This document shows, one piece after another, positions 28,572-40,236 of a stretch of 64,000 nt of DNA. The translations under genes were made by a program, and so were the position numbers. Positions within the stretch are counted from its first letter, which is position 1. Every line of letters begins with the position of its first letter. Source of the stretch: a virus. The DNA is taken from IMG/VR virus record IMGVR_UViG_3300031718_000003, positions 1-64,000 of that record; one strand, written 5' to 3'. The notes below the pieces were generated by a model. That model ran no database searches and had not been told where the DNA came from. It saw nothing but the letters and a program-made list of their open reading frames with translations.

Positions 28572-28600
28572 TTGACGCTGTTTGCGCATTCTGCTATGAT
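28572..28600 (+). promoter_or_regulatory. sigma70-type promoter
   Basis: TTGACG-17-TATGAT upstream of small ORFs at 28654 and 28929. Confidence 0.65.
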
Positions 28601-30271
28601 ATCTTTGTGATCGAGAGATCAAAAGCCCGAATCCATCGGGCGGGAGAAAGAAAATGAAAAAAACGTGGACTATCAACAACGGCTGGAACCGGCTTAACAA
28701 TTGTGGCCAGATGATTCTTTGTGAGGTCGGCCCGCGCGACTTCGACCCAGACTGGGAACGGCACGAACAGAATGCTGCAGCTGGTGTGCATACAGCGCCT
28801 TACGTAAACAAAGGAACCGCCTACGTTTTCGCGAGAAAGCGAGACTGGGAGGCCGCTGTCGAGTACTTGCGCGCGAACGGGTTTCTGGGCTGACTGGGCT
28901 GACTCAGGAGAAAGAGGAGAAAGAAAAAATGAGCCAAACAGAAACAAACACAAGATGTGCGCGCATGAAGAAGATCGGCGGAAACGAGTTTTTCTCGACA
29001 TTGCGCGGAGCGAAAAGCGCCGGCAAGCGAAGGGGCTATGCGAGTGGCGCGAAAATTCTCGACACGGAAGAGGGATTCTGCCTTTTAGCTTTAGGGGAAG
29101 GCGCAAGCCAACGGTCTTATAATCTTCTGCGCCACTCCTCGACCATCGCAGAAATGCGCAATGGACGTTGGGAGGAATACTGACGTGTCCCGCATGGTCA
29201 AAAGTGCGTAACAAGCTCCGCCGCGTGCCTCGGTCGCGCGAGCGATCCTCCGCATAAGCAGAGCGTCCGAAGGGAAATCGGGGCCGGGTACGTAACTCCG
29301 GCGAAAGGTTCTAACACGGAAAAAATGAGCCGAACCCTGACATCGACCGCTGCTCGCCGCATGGCCGCAAGACGCAAGACCTACGCCGGCGGCAGGCCTC
29401 GTAAACCGACAGCCTGTCCGAAATGCGGCGCCGACTGCAAATCCTACCGCCTCGCCCAGGTCCACTGCGCCCGCTGAGCCTCTACGCCGCTTTTGCTTTC
29501 GCCTTCGGCACAAACTCCACAGACCGCTCGCCGATCCGTTCCTTCGCAATGAATTTCGCGTGCTCGTGTTTCGGCAGCAGCTTGCGCAACTCGCCCAGTG
29601 GTATGCTCACCCACTTTATCGCTTCCTCTTTGCCGAGCCTCGCGATTACCTTCGCTATGTCGATGATGCTGGATTTGTTGCCGCGCTCGCTAACCACAGC
29701 CATGTACTTGTTGCCCGAAACGCTTACGGCTTCGGCCGCACGCTGTTTTGGAAACCACGTTGGGATCGAGAGCCGGATGAATTCCAAGCGTGCGCGACGG
29801 GTTGCGGTGGCTGCATCATGGGCTATGTCTTCCTTATTGAGCGCTGCTTTTAGTGCTCCTCCTTCATCGATCAGCCGTATACGTTCGGGTGGTAATTTCA
29901 TAACGCTTCTTTCTTCGGGGTCGGCCCGGCGCTGCACTCAGGCTTTCCGCCGTTTGCGCCTGATCGGTCGTGCAACTTTAATCGGGCCTTCCGCCGGAGC
30001 GTACAAGCGCGCTACGGTCCTGTACAGCGCTGCCACCTCCCTGGAGCCCAGCAGAAAACTGCGCCGATACGGCCCTGGACCGCCCGTGCCGTCGATTTTC
30101 ACTGTGATCACCGCACCGCCGCGTGGAATATAGTGTCGAAGATATGGCCGCTCGAGGGTGAAGGTCATAGTCTGGGCGTCTTCAACCGCGAACAGCCTCA
30201 GGGAGACGCCTTTGGTGCGAGCCATATCTTCGCAATCCAACGTAACTCTCTTTTTCTTCTGACGCGCCATT

Positions 30272-30946
30272 TTACGCTGCCTTTCTGCCCCGCAGCTCCA
30301 TGTGCCTCCGCATGTGATCGAGCGCACGGCGGTGCAGCCGGCTCGCATCGGAGCGCTTCAGCCCCAACTCCTCGCCGGCGGCCCTGATGCTTGTTTCCAG
30401 TCCGAAGTAGTGCCTATCGATCATGGCCAGCTCGTCGGCGCAGAGGCTTAGCCGTGCCTGCCGGATGTCTCGCCGCTGCTCGTTACGCTCGGTGAGATGG
30501 TGCGCCAGGCCGCCACCCGCCCGGTCGGCCGCCGGCATCTCCACCAGCTCGCCGTCCCGCAGCCGGTGATCTCCCCCGCAACGCACGGAATCCATGATTG
30601 CGTCGTGGATTCGCAGCTTCGCGAAGACCCAAAACGGAACTTTACACCGGGGCGCCTGATACCGTTCCGCGGCATGAATCAGTCCGATGCACCCGGCGCC
30701 CTTCAGATCATCCAACTCGAACCGGCGCGGGAGTTTTGCCTGCATGTCCTTGGCAACGATGTCTACCAGATGTAGATTGAGGAGAACGCGGTCATCGCGG
30801 ACACTTAGAGACGCTAGGTCAGGGAAATGGACGAGTTTGGCGTGAGATTTGATGCTTCTATTATCGGCAGGATGGGAGGATTTGTCCCAATCACGCGGAA
30901 ACTGCTTATGACTTCGGGGTGAGTAGCTGTCGCTGGCCATTGGCAC
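30272..30946 (-). CDS. FliA/WhiG-like compact sigma factor (start uncertain)
   Basis: Region 2 ELDDLKGAGCIGLIHAAERY...FWVFAKLRIHDAIMDSVR and region 4 HTH; region 3 largely absent. Confidence 0.8.
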   Translation of the reverse strand: MPMASDSYSPRSHKQFPRDWDKSSHPADNRSIKSHAKLVHFPDLASLSVRDDRVLLNLHLVDIVAKDMQAKLPRRFELDDLKGAGCIGLIHAAERYQAPRCKVPFWVFAKLRIHDAIMDSVRCGGDHRLRDGELVEMPAADRAGGGLAHHLTERNEQRRDIRQARLSLCADELAMIDRHYFGLETSIRAAGEELGLKRSDASRLHRRALDHMRRHMELRGRKAA

Positions 30947-32133
30947 GCGGGAGGTCCCTGCTTATCCGGGGACAAGGCTGAGTATCCTGCTGGCCTGTGG
31001 TCAAATCCGCCGTTTGCGCCTGATCCTCAGTGCGCCAACATCGAGCGCCACCGTTCCGCCGTCAAGGTAGGGTTTCCGGATGGTCCGGATACGGTCTCGC
31101 CAGGAAACTCGCGGCCATTACTTAGATTGGCGACTATCCTTGCGTGGCCAGCCAGAGCCTCGGACTCGCTCGCATACGCCTCGTGGTACAGGCCCTTACA
31201 CGAACCCTCGTGAAACACCATTGTTTCGAAAGGCCACGGCTCCTCGGCAGCATAATCGGACTCCCAAAACGGACACAGGGCAGGCCGATTGTCTCCGCCG
31301 CCGCCTGAGTAGGTTCGAATGGTGCTCACGTCAAACCGTTCGCCTTGTGGATTAGCTACAGAACCAGAAAATCTGACCTTTTCACTCATAGTTGGCCTTC
31401 CCCGTCAAACAGCGGCAGTCTTCGTTTTTCGCAGTGCCCACGGTGGTGGCGCTCGTAGTGCCGGCCGGAGAAATAGCGCGCGCAATCCGGGCACAGGATG
31501 AGCCGGATCGAGCGCGAACGCGACTTCAGCCGCTCGGGCTGGCCGCGCCACACATGGAAGCGAATCGGTAGTGGATGCACCTAACGTGTAATATATATGG
31601 GAATGGGGAGTTTTGCTAGGGTCTTGCCGGAATCGCGTCAGTCTGGCTTAGCACTCGTCGGTGGCCGCGCCGCCGTCGCGATCCCCCTGCGCGAAGAGTT
31701 ACGCGCTCTGTTATGGGACTCGCACCTTCAGCGCCAGCAGCAGTTGCAACGCATAGAAAACGCCGAGGAGCGCCAGCTTTTTCTCATCGCCCTCACTCTC
31801 GATCTACAATTCGAACTCGCCAACAACATGCTCGTCTCCAGAACCCAGACCCCCTTAATTAACCCCGGTCCGGGATCAGCACCAGAACAAGGCAAGTAAG
31901 ATCCTTACGATCTGCGTCTCTAATTTCGGCAATTATATACTTGCCTCAAACACGGCACCGGGCGTACAATGAATCCGGACGAGGAGCCAGTTTCGCACGA
32001 GGCAGAAAATCATGGTAACCGGTCCTGCCGCCTTCGATAATTTCAAGCGGCTAATGCAGGCGTTGCTGAGGGCACCGAAGGAAAAGAGCGCAGGCGCTAA
32101 GCCGCCCACACGGCGAAGAGCGCGTCGCAAAGC

Positions 32134-32568
32134 GTGAACGTCTTTCGGCGGCTCGTCGTTATGATGCGCTGGAATCTTCTCTGGCTGCGGCTCCCTGTGG
32201 TTTTCTTCTTGCTCTTGGCCGCTTACGATGGATTGGAAGCGTACAAGTATGGCCGCGTTTTAATCGAGCATTGGACATGGGGCCTGCTACTTTCTCCCGC
32301 TGCTGACTTGTGGATTATGCTCAATTTCGTCGCCGTTCTATTGCCCGTACAAGCGTCGCTTGTGATTCCAACATTCTTTGATCCCAAAGCGGAAGAATTA
32401 TACGCGCACCGTACGCGCAACACGCTGACGTGGGCATTCGGTCTTCCGGTCGCGGTGTTTGTTCTGTGGGTGCTCATGTGGGGATCTTTCCCGCTGGAGA
32501 ATAACGCAGATGGCACCTACATGCGGATGCTCCCGTTTATTCCGTGGCCATCGGCTCCGTTCTTCTAA
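32134..32568 (+). CDS. multi-TM passenger protein
   Basis: Hydrophobic ORF inside IS1595. Confidence 0.55.
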   Translation: MNVFRRLVVMMRWNLLWLRLPVVFFLLLAAYDGLEAYKYGRVLIEHWTWGLLLSPAADLWIMLNFVAVLLPVQASLVIPTFFDPKAEELYAHRTRNTLTWAFGLPVAVFVLWVLMWGSFPLENNADGTYMRMLPFIPWPSAPFF

Positions 32569-32580
32569 TGGGCGAGCTTC

Positions 32581-33513
32581 TTAGCTTGGCTTGCGAAATC
32601 CGACCTTCATGTCTCGGTCGAATTTCTGCTCCATAATAACGTCAAGGTTAAACGGCTCTCCGGGTTTGTGGGTGGCGACAATTCTCAATAGATTCGCTTT
32701 ATCGGCATACTGTATAAGAAACACGGCCCCCGCATCATCCAAGATCTCGAACTGCTTTCGCAAATATCCTTTTCGTTGCCCGAGTTCCAGGTTGAGCGCT
32801 CGACGAATCTCGAAGACAACTGCGTCCGCCGCTTGTAGGGGGTCGCATTCTTTCTCGTTCATTTTGGAAAAACTTGCCATGTATTTCGCGGCGTCTGGAT
32901 TGGTGCGTGTCAAATTATCGTAAGCATCGCTCGCAAGCGCGCTGTGTTCTTCGTCTTGGTCGCAGACGTAGGACACCCTATCGGGCTTTTCTAGCCCCTT
33001 CATGGCCCTGGCACACTGAATCATCGCCAAATCGTATGCTAGCCGGTAGGGGTTGTCGCCTAGAATAGCGCGGGCATTTGCATCCTGAATGACATCGTAA
33101 AAATCTTCCTGCACGATACCTATGCCAGCAAGTGTTCGATAATTCCCGTATGAGCGCGGATCGACGATCACCTTCAGGAATTCGTGACTGATCGAGTCAA
33201 GCCGTTCACGTTCGGCAGGCGTGATGTTCTTTTCGTCCGCAACAAACTTTGAAAATTCCCCGGTGCCCCGTTCGCATTGGGATGCCTTGAAGTACTTAAT
33301 GCCGATGTCGGGCCTCTTTCGCAGGGCCTTCCACGCGCGTTCCAGCTCAAAGATTGCAGTGCCTCGCGCGAGTAAACCGCCCACAGCAAAAATACCCGAC
33401 TGTCTCATGTCGAAACTTTCGTCCATGTACGAGTCGATCACAGCGTAACAGCTTTCTTTGAATCTGCTTATGCGAATAGCTTTCGCCAATTCCTCGAACG
33501 GCCACTCCTGCAT
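32581..33513 (-). CDS. DUF3800-like (RNase H fold) passenger protein
   Basis: YMDES...CDQ...PLQAADAV. Confidence 0.7.
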   Translation of the reverse strand: MQEWPFEELAKAIRISRFKESCYAVIDSYMDESFDMRQSGIFAVGGLLARGTAIFELERAWKALRKRPDIGIKYFKASQCERGTGEFSKFVADEKNITPAERERLDSISHEFLKVIVDPRSYGNYRTLAGIGIVQEDFYDVIQDANARAILGDNPYRLAYDLAMIQCARAMKGLEKPDRVSYVCDQDEEHSALASDAYDNLTRTNPDAAKYMASFSKMNEKECDPLQAADAVVFEIRRALNLELGQRKGYLRKQFEILDDAGAVFLIQYADKANLLRIVATHKPGEPFNLDVIMEQKFDRDMKVGFRKPS

Positions 33514-33673
33514 CCCACTCCCTTCCGGGAATTTGCTACACTTCCCTGCAGGAAGGGCTTTGGATGCAACGGTGGCACGCTGCGGCCAGCTAAGCCCGCC
33601 AAAAAAAGCACAATAAGACGGCCTGTAAACTCAGGCCGTTCTGCGTTTCGGTCTCCGTCCTCGCCGGATGGCT

Positions 33674-34612
33674 TTAGTTCGCGGTGGCGCCCACCTTGCC
33701 AGTCAATTCCGCATACGTGAGCCGCTTGCCAGCGATCCGCGACAGCACGGTCGTGAATCGCTCCGTGTCGCTAGCTTCATGGCGATTGTTGTAGCGAAAA
33801 GATTGTTCGTCGATGTAGCGGGCTAGGTGATAAGGCTCGACGCTAATGTACGTTCCGTGCAGCCCACGCTTTAAGAGCGACCAGAAATTTTCCATCGTGT
33901 TGGTATGGACGTTTCCGTTGGCGTACTCAATGGCATGGTTGATGACAGCGTGTTGATAATCAGTCTCTAGCCCTTCATACGATTTTAGTTCGTCGCTGAA
34001 AATCGCCGATCCAGCTTCCACATGCTCGCGAACCTGCTTTTGCAATTGCTTCTTGCGGCGGTTGTCCACCACGAAAGCCCGAACATCGCCGCCGCGCTCA
34101 ACCATACCGAGGACAATGGTCTTGTCCTTACCGCCGGTTCCGGTGATGACGCGCTCTCGTTTCTCCTTGTGCATGTTGCGCGCTTTGCCGCCGATGAAAC
34201 TCTCGTCCACCTCGACCTCGCCGCCAAGCTTCGTAAACCCGCCGCTGCGCATGACGCGGCGAATTCGGTGAAGCATGAACCATGCGGTTTTCTGGGTCAC
34301 GTTCAAATCTCTGGCAACCTCACAGGAGCTAACGCCGTTCTTGCAATTGGCGATCAGCCACGCGGCGGCAGCCCACTTATCCAAGCCAATCGGGGAGTCC
34401 TCGAAAATCGTGCCGACCTTAACCGAGAACTGCTTCTGGCAGGCTCGGCATCTCCACAGATCGCGGGTGGAGATAACGGCAATGTTTTTGGAATCGCAGC
34501 GCGGGCAGATCGGGCCGTCCGGCCAGCGCCACTTGGCGATGAAGTCCAGCGCGTTCTTCGGATCGGAAAAGAATTGGATTGCTTCGAGAAGGCTTCCAGG
34601 TGCGCTGTCCAT
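33674..34612 (-). CDS. IS1595-family transposase
   Basis: Zn ribbon CPRC/CRAC, VTQKTAWFMLHRIR, VEVDES, SDE, HTNTMENFWSLLKR. Confidence 0.95.
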   Translation of the reverse strand: MDSAPGSLLEAIQFFSDPKNALDFIAKWRWPDGPICPRCDSKNIAVISTRDLWRCRACQKQFSVKVGTIFEDSPIGLDKWAAAAWLIANCKNGVSSCEVARDLNVTQKTAWFMLHRIRRVMRSGGFTKLGGEVEVDESFIGGKARNMHKEKRERVITGTGGKDKTIVLGMVERGGDVRAFVVDNRRKKQLQKQVREHVEAGSAIFSDELKSYEGLETDYQHAVINHAIEYANGNVHTNTMENFWSLLKRGLHGTYISVEPYHLARYIDEQSFRYNNRHEASDTERFTTVLSRIAGKRLTYAELTGKVGATAN

Positions 34613-37239
34613 GTATCAACTATGCGCTTTTTTTGTGTTTGAGTCAAGTATATAGTTGCCCTAATTTCTTGTTGTCAAGGGATAATTGCCATGATCATTA
34701 AAAAGCAGGGGGGGGGGAACTGCGGGCCGCAGATGGCGCATCCCCTGCGGCCCTTCGCGTTGATAGCCCTCCGGTATCGATCTTTCGACGAGCAGCTCAG
34801 CAAACCGGATGCGCCCGGTACACGCTGGCCTCTAGGTCTGCACCAATCGACTTCGGCAGACTCACACCGCCCGGAACTGCGGGCCTCTCTCTCAGTGGTA
34901 TGTCGAGATTACGAAGACGCTCCGGCTCCGGCTCCGGCCGCCATGGTTTTCGGCTGTGCTCCGATCGGGGCGCTCGTCCGCGCGATCTGGTAGTAGTCGA
35001 AGGTGATGCGGTTCCCACCGATGCTGAGCGCGATATTGCGCAGCTCGTTCAGTTCGTTCTCGTCGACCAGGCATTGGCCATGATCGTTCAAGCGCGTCAC
35101 GCTCATGTGAAACCCTGGCGGAGTTCCCTGCGAAGCCGCGGTATTCTGTTGCTTTGCTTTCCATCCTGTTGGACGTGGCATTGATTCTCCTTACGAATAA
35201 ACTATATAAAGCACTATATAACAAGTTGAAGCATCATGGCTTCGGGGTCGGTCAGGCTCTGCCGTCAGCGATCCGCCGTTTGCGCCTGGTCCGTCGATGG
35301 CCCTGAAGAAAACGCTTTTCCGACTAACCGCACGGCAGGCTCAACACATCCGGGCGACTGCAGTTTGTGCTCGTAATAGATTACGGTCCGCAGGGTGTGT
35401 CTGGTCGCTTCGCTGAATTCTACCGAGCCGGAAGTTCTGCAATTAGCGCAACGCCACCGTTGATGAAGACGGGGAAGCATATCAGCAAGACGATTTCTTC
35501 GGGGTCGGTGTTCCTGCGCCTTCAGCGCTCAACGTTTGCGCCTGTTCCAGCTCCAGCTCAGACTTCACCAGGTCGAACTGTTCCTTGTCGGCGAGTACCA
35601 GGCCACCGACCACCTTCCGGTCCAGCAGGACCGCGACGAAATCTCCTCCAACGCCAAACGTTAGTTGCGTACCAGCTTTTACTTTGCGCGCTCGTAGCAC
35701 GTTCGACAGTGGAGCATACCAGACAGACATGGAACGCTCGCACATGCTCTTCAGCACATCGAAGCTGTTGATCATCGCTCGGCCCTCAAGGCGCAAACGG
35801 CGGGTTGCGGATTGCTTCCGCCCACCGACCCCGAAGAAAAACGCATTTGCTTCATAGTAGTTTCCTCAGTAATCTCAACCCAATGACCCCTATTGAATAC
35901 CCACCAGGGATGAAACAACATCTGAATCTGGTAACTCAAAAGCCGTTTCGGACGGAAACTGAATTGGTGGATCAACTTTCCCCGTTTTGTCCAGAGGTTC
36001 ACTACCAGCACCTAGATTCACTCCATGGCTTCGGGGGTCTTGACGCTGCTCGCGGCGTCAAAGATGTCGGCGAAAAGGGACGTTTCCTCGGCTGGTTCGA
36101 CGTGTGGAAACTCCACCGTTTGCGCCTGCGTATTCAACTCCCATCGGGCCCAATGCCCGTTTCGATAAGACAAGAAGCGTATCGAGTAAGGCGTGCCCCT
36201 GATCAGGGCAGCATGGGTCGCCTCTCGCATACGCGCGAGGGCTGCTTTGACCGCAGATATAGTGGTGCAGCAAAGCCCCCCGTCGAGCGAGTACCAGCCG
36301 TTCGAAACGCGCCGAATCGGTACAACGGAAATGTAGAAGCGGATGTGGCCGAGTTCTTTATCCCATGCCCAGCGCTCGTCTGGCGATGGAGCGGGAGGCT
36401 CCTGCATGTGCCAAGGCAGGATATCGGCGTTATGTGTGGGCATCTGATGACTCCTCGATATCTACCATCCCCTGGACCGCCTGGACCGCCCTGCGCAACG
36501 CCCCGAGCGTCACGGTCAGATTGCCGTGGATTTCGCTCTCAGGGTTAAATGGCCAGTCGCGGAGCAGTTTCGTCGCGAGTTGCGTCTCGCGCAGCGCCAC
36601 ATGGAGCATCGAGAGCTGCGTCGGTGGGGGTTCGGGATCCGCGCAAGTATTCTTGCCCTCGCTATGCAAGGATGCTTGCGCCATTGCGGAAGAGTTCGGA
36701 TGTGCTTGCGGGTTACTGTTTCGTGGTGCGGTGTGGGCGGTGTGGGGCATGGGTTGGCTTCTCTTCTTCCAATCGGGCGGAGTGAAGGGCTGTTCAGTGG
36801 GGGGGAACCAGAGGGATTTCATATCGGTTATCTCGCCTCGCGATTAGTCACTGCCGGCGATATCAGACGATCCAGGCCGAATGACATCTCGAAGACCGGC
36901 AGCCTGAAATCCTTCCATTCCCCGTCCTCGTGCTGGTGTGCCCCAGGGGCTTTTAGCTGCCGGCCACAGTCCGGGCACTCATAGGTCATGATCGTCATTT
37001 AGACCCTCCAGGCGCAAACGGGTAGTTCGCTAAATCTGCGTTGATAGTTCTTCACGTATGCTCTCCGGTACAGGCAGGCCCTTCGCGATCAGATCCCGCA
37101 CGATCCGAATGGAGTTGTCCAACTGATCGACCCGCCGCGCCGCTTCGTCACGCTTGGCCTGGATATCGCGAAGCAAAGGCAGCCATGGACTTTCGGCACT
37201 TTGCACGTTCTCTGTTTTTTCTCTTGCATATCGTTTACC

Positions 37240-38173
37240 CATGATGCGAACCCTACTCCTATTCGTGTCTCTCTGTCCTGTAGCATCACCATTCACCCCT
37301 CAGCCACCGGAACGTCCACCAGCTCCACCAGTGGCCAAACAACAACGCACTGAAACCGGAGCCAGAAAAGAAGACCCCGACGGCCAAGGCAAGAACGCCA
37401 GGGATAGGTCGTCCCCTGAAGATCAAAAGGTCAAAGCCAACGAGGAAAAAGGCGCCTCCAAGACCGAGTCCGATGAGAATTTGGAGGTAAATAGGCGGCT
37501 CGCGACGTTCACTGGATGGTTGGTGGCCGTCGGCGTCGTCCAGTTCGCGGCCCTCTTTGCTCAAGCTATTATCTTTTGGCGCACCCTGAAGGAAAACCGC
37601 AAACTCATTCACGCTAGCCAGCGTTCTGCGGATGCAGCTAAGCTGAGCGCCGATGCCGCGATAAAAATCGGTGATACCCTCATTGGCGGCGAGCGAGCCT
37701 GGCTTCTTCCAGTAGATATCAAGCCGCCATCGCTTTTTGAAATGGGGGCCGGTGGTAGCGTATTCAACTCGTTTACGTTCGACCTGATAAACCAAGGCCG
37801 AACCGTAGGACGGCTGACCGGTCCCTTCAAAGCGAGATTCCGTTCGCTCCCGCGAAGTGCGGATCTGGCAGATGTTCCAGATTACGGCGGAATGGGTTCC
37901 ATAGCTCCCGAAGCCATCTTCGGGCGTGTTCTCGCTCCCGGAGAGCGCAACGGCCTTATATCCATCCCTCTCGGAGAAAATGTTGACAAACAAATGCTGG
38001 CCCGCATCGAATCGCAGGAGACACTGCTCCACGTATACGTTTCCCTGACGTACTTCGATTCTTTCGATAAGAAGCGGGAGCTTCAGTTCGGCTACATGTA
38101 TCGGCCCACAAGAGGCAGCGAGCCGGCCCGTTGGGATCTGATCAATAAACAGGAGTACAACAAGCACACGTAA
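37240..38173 (+). CDS. membrane-anchored moron protein
   Basis: Signal peptide, TM, AADAAKLSA...ERAWL motif. Confidence 0.6.
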
Positions 38174-39543
38174 AGCAACGAACGCGACCAACGCACATTT
38201 AGCGCAGTACCCGCAAACGGCGAATCGCGCCAGTGCGCCAATCACTGACCCCGAAGAAATCGTTTTCATGTTCTTAGAAATCGCCTTTTTTCGTGAATTG
38301 GATGGCAATGTTCCTCCATTCTCCAAGCCAGATCCCACACCCAGAAGAGCTGAGCGTTGTGGGTGTAGGGATTCTCGCTCTGGGGTACGCCTGTATTGTG
38401 GTGCGCTGCCCCCAGGTTGAATACCGTGTCCCATTGGGATTCTGACCAGGCCATGACTACTCCAAACCCGATGCTTCTAATTGCTTCGGGGCCGGCCCGG
38501 AGCCGCTATCAGCAGTCCGCCGTTTGCGCTCGGAAAAGTCGTGGTCGCCTTTGTGCTTGCGCTGTAGCGTGCAGCGGCGTTTGTGGCCGCCGATGTCCGC
38601 CCGGCCCATACAGCGCCGGACGGGCTTCTCGCCCAGCATGAACGCGCGGAACTGGTTCCAGCCCCTGAACCGCTTCGGGATTCCACCGCGCATTCCACGC
38701 CACGCCTCGCGCAGCTTTTCGATCTCGCGGCGGCGCTCGGCCGCGAGGAACTGTTCCCATAGCTTGCGCCGGTTCTCTTTTGAGCGCGCCCGGGCCTCTG
38801 GCGTAGCTTCCTCGTCCAGTTCCGGGTGGAACCTCCGCAGCTCCTTCACCGCGCGCGAGAAGGCTAGTTTCCGGCCCCGCTCGATGCTATAGGTATCGCC
38901 CGGCCGGCAGATCGCCCTGACAGTTACAATCTCATGGTAGTTTTCGTCCGCGGTCCTCAATGACTGCTCGATGATGATGCGTTCAGTGCGGTGGTACTTG
39001 GTATGTTCGTTTACTCGTAAATCTGGCATTTAGAAACTCCTCCTTCTTTCTTCGGGGTCGGTAGCTGTCGCTCTCGATGATCCGCCGTTTGCGCCTGATC
39101 GATCGAGCGCTTCGCAGTTGTCGCACTTTCGCCGGCCACGGGGGTAGTGCGAAATGTCCACACCACAGCGGGCGCAGAAGTGTAACCAGTTGGCGCGTTT
39201 GTTGGCCGACGCCGGCACTTCACCCATCTTGAGCAATCTGTCCAGGTACCTAAGGCGCTGGCGCCCGGCACGCAACGCGTATGTCTCGCGCCAGCTCATT
39301 GGATTGCTTTCGCCGGCTGCGTGTTGATCCACGCGTCCCTTTGTTCCTGCTGCTCTTTGCTCAGTGGAAAGCCCATCTCCCGCGCCACACCCCAGCATTG
39401 CCCCCATGGAACCTCGGCAAAGTTCGTCACGCCTAAACGGCTTTTGATGGCGCGCCACATCAGCTCGTCGAGGTTTGGCCAATACTTTCCCTGCGCCTGG
39501 AGATCGGCGACTTCCTGCGCCGCGACATCGTACTCGCGGCGGC

Positions 39544-40236
39544 TCACGGGACGCGCTCCATGCTTCCATGGAGATTCGCTTCTAGTTCACGAATTTCGCG
39601 TTCCCGCTCTTCGTCGCTTTTTCGCGGCGTTTTTGCCATGGAGTCGGCAAGTTCCTTCTCCATAACCCGCGAGTTGCCAGGCGCGCACTGCGCGATCTTC
39701 CGTTTCTTCTGTGCGGCCTGATACTCCTCTTCCGGGTACAGGTGGCGGATCGCTTCGAGGTCCGCAGCTTGTGGGCGGGGTATTCGGGAGTGCTGGATCA
39801 CACGCGCTACGAGTTTGTCGGATTGAGCGTCGTTACTGGCGATCTGGCCGGGTAATAGCCTCGCTCTTGGTGGCGCTTCAAGTTCCGGGGTGATCACGGC
39901 GCCCAGCAGCTTCTTTTGCTCCGCTGCGGTGAGGATCTTCGGGCCGGCCCAATTCGGGTTCTCGGAAGGGACCCCGTCCGGATATACGGTGGAGTGGACT
40001 TCAAAGCCGTCGAGGGGTGTGAATTTTGAGCAGTACACCGCACGTAATTCGAGTGGGCCAGGCCATTCATTAAATAGAGCCACAGCGCGCGCTGCTAGCC
40101 AGCAGACCTGTGTATCATTCGCGCACATGCGCCCGATTAGATTGCCGATCTCCGCCCGCGTGCCGGGTTCCGACGGGAAGAACTTGAGCTGCGCCAGGAC
40201 GTCGAGAGCTTCGTTTAAAGCAAGCGCGCTAACCAC
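39544..40236 (-). CDS. hypothetical protein, possible helicase loader (follows Rep)
   Basis: Position and coupling downstream of the replication initiator. Confidence 0.45.
   Translation of the reverse strand: MVSALALNEALDVLAQLKFFPSEPGTRAEIGNLIGRMCANDTQVCWLAARAVALFNEWPGPLELRAVYCSKFTPLDGFEVHSTVYPDGVPSENPNWAGPKILTAAEQKKLLGAVITPELEAPPRARLLPGQIASNDAQSDKLVARVIQHSRIPRPQAADLEAIRHLYPEEEYQAAQKKRKIAQCAPGNSRVMEKELADSMAKTPRKSDEEREREIRELEANLHGSMERVP

Larger units (their letters stand above)
31928..34660 (-). mobile_element. IS1595-family transporter IS with passenger genes
   Basis: TIRs GGCAATTATATACTTGCCTCAAACAC / GTGTTTGAGTCAAGTATATAGTTGCC; 8-bp TSD CTAATTTC at 31920-31927 and 34661-34668. Confidence 0.93.

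Noticed and set aside
37286-38434. 382-aa minus-strand ORF
   Set aside because: Antisense shadow of the plus-strand membrane gene 37240..38173, which has recognisable motifs
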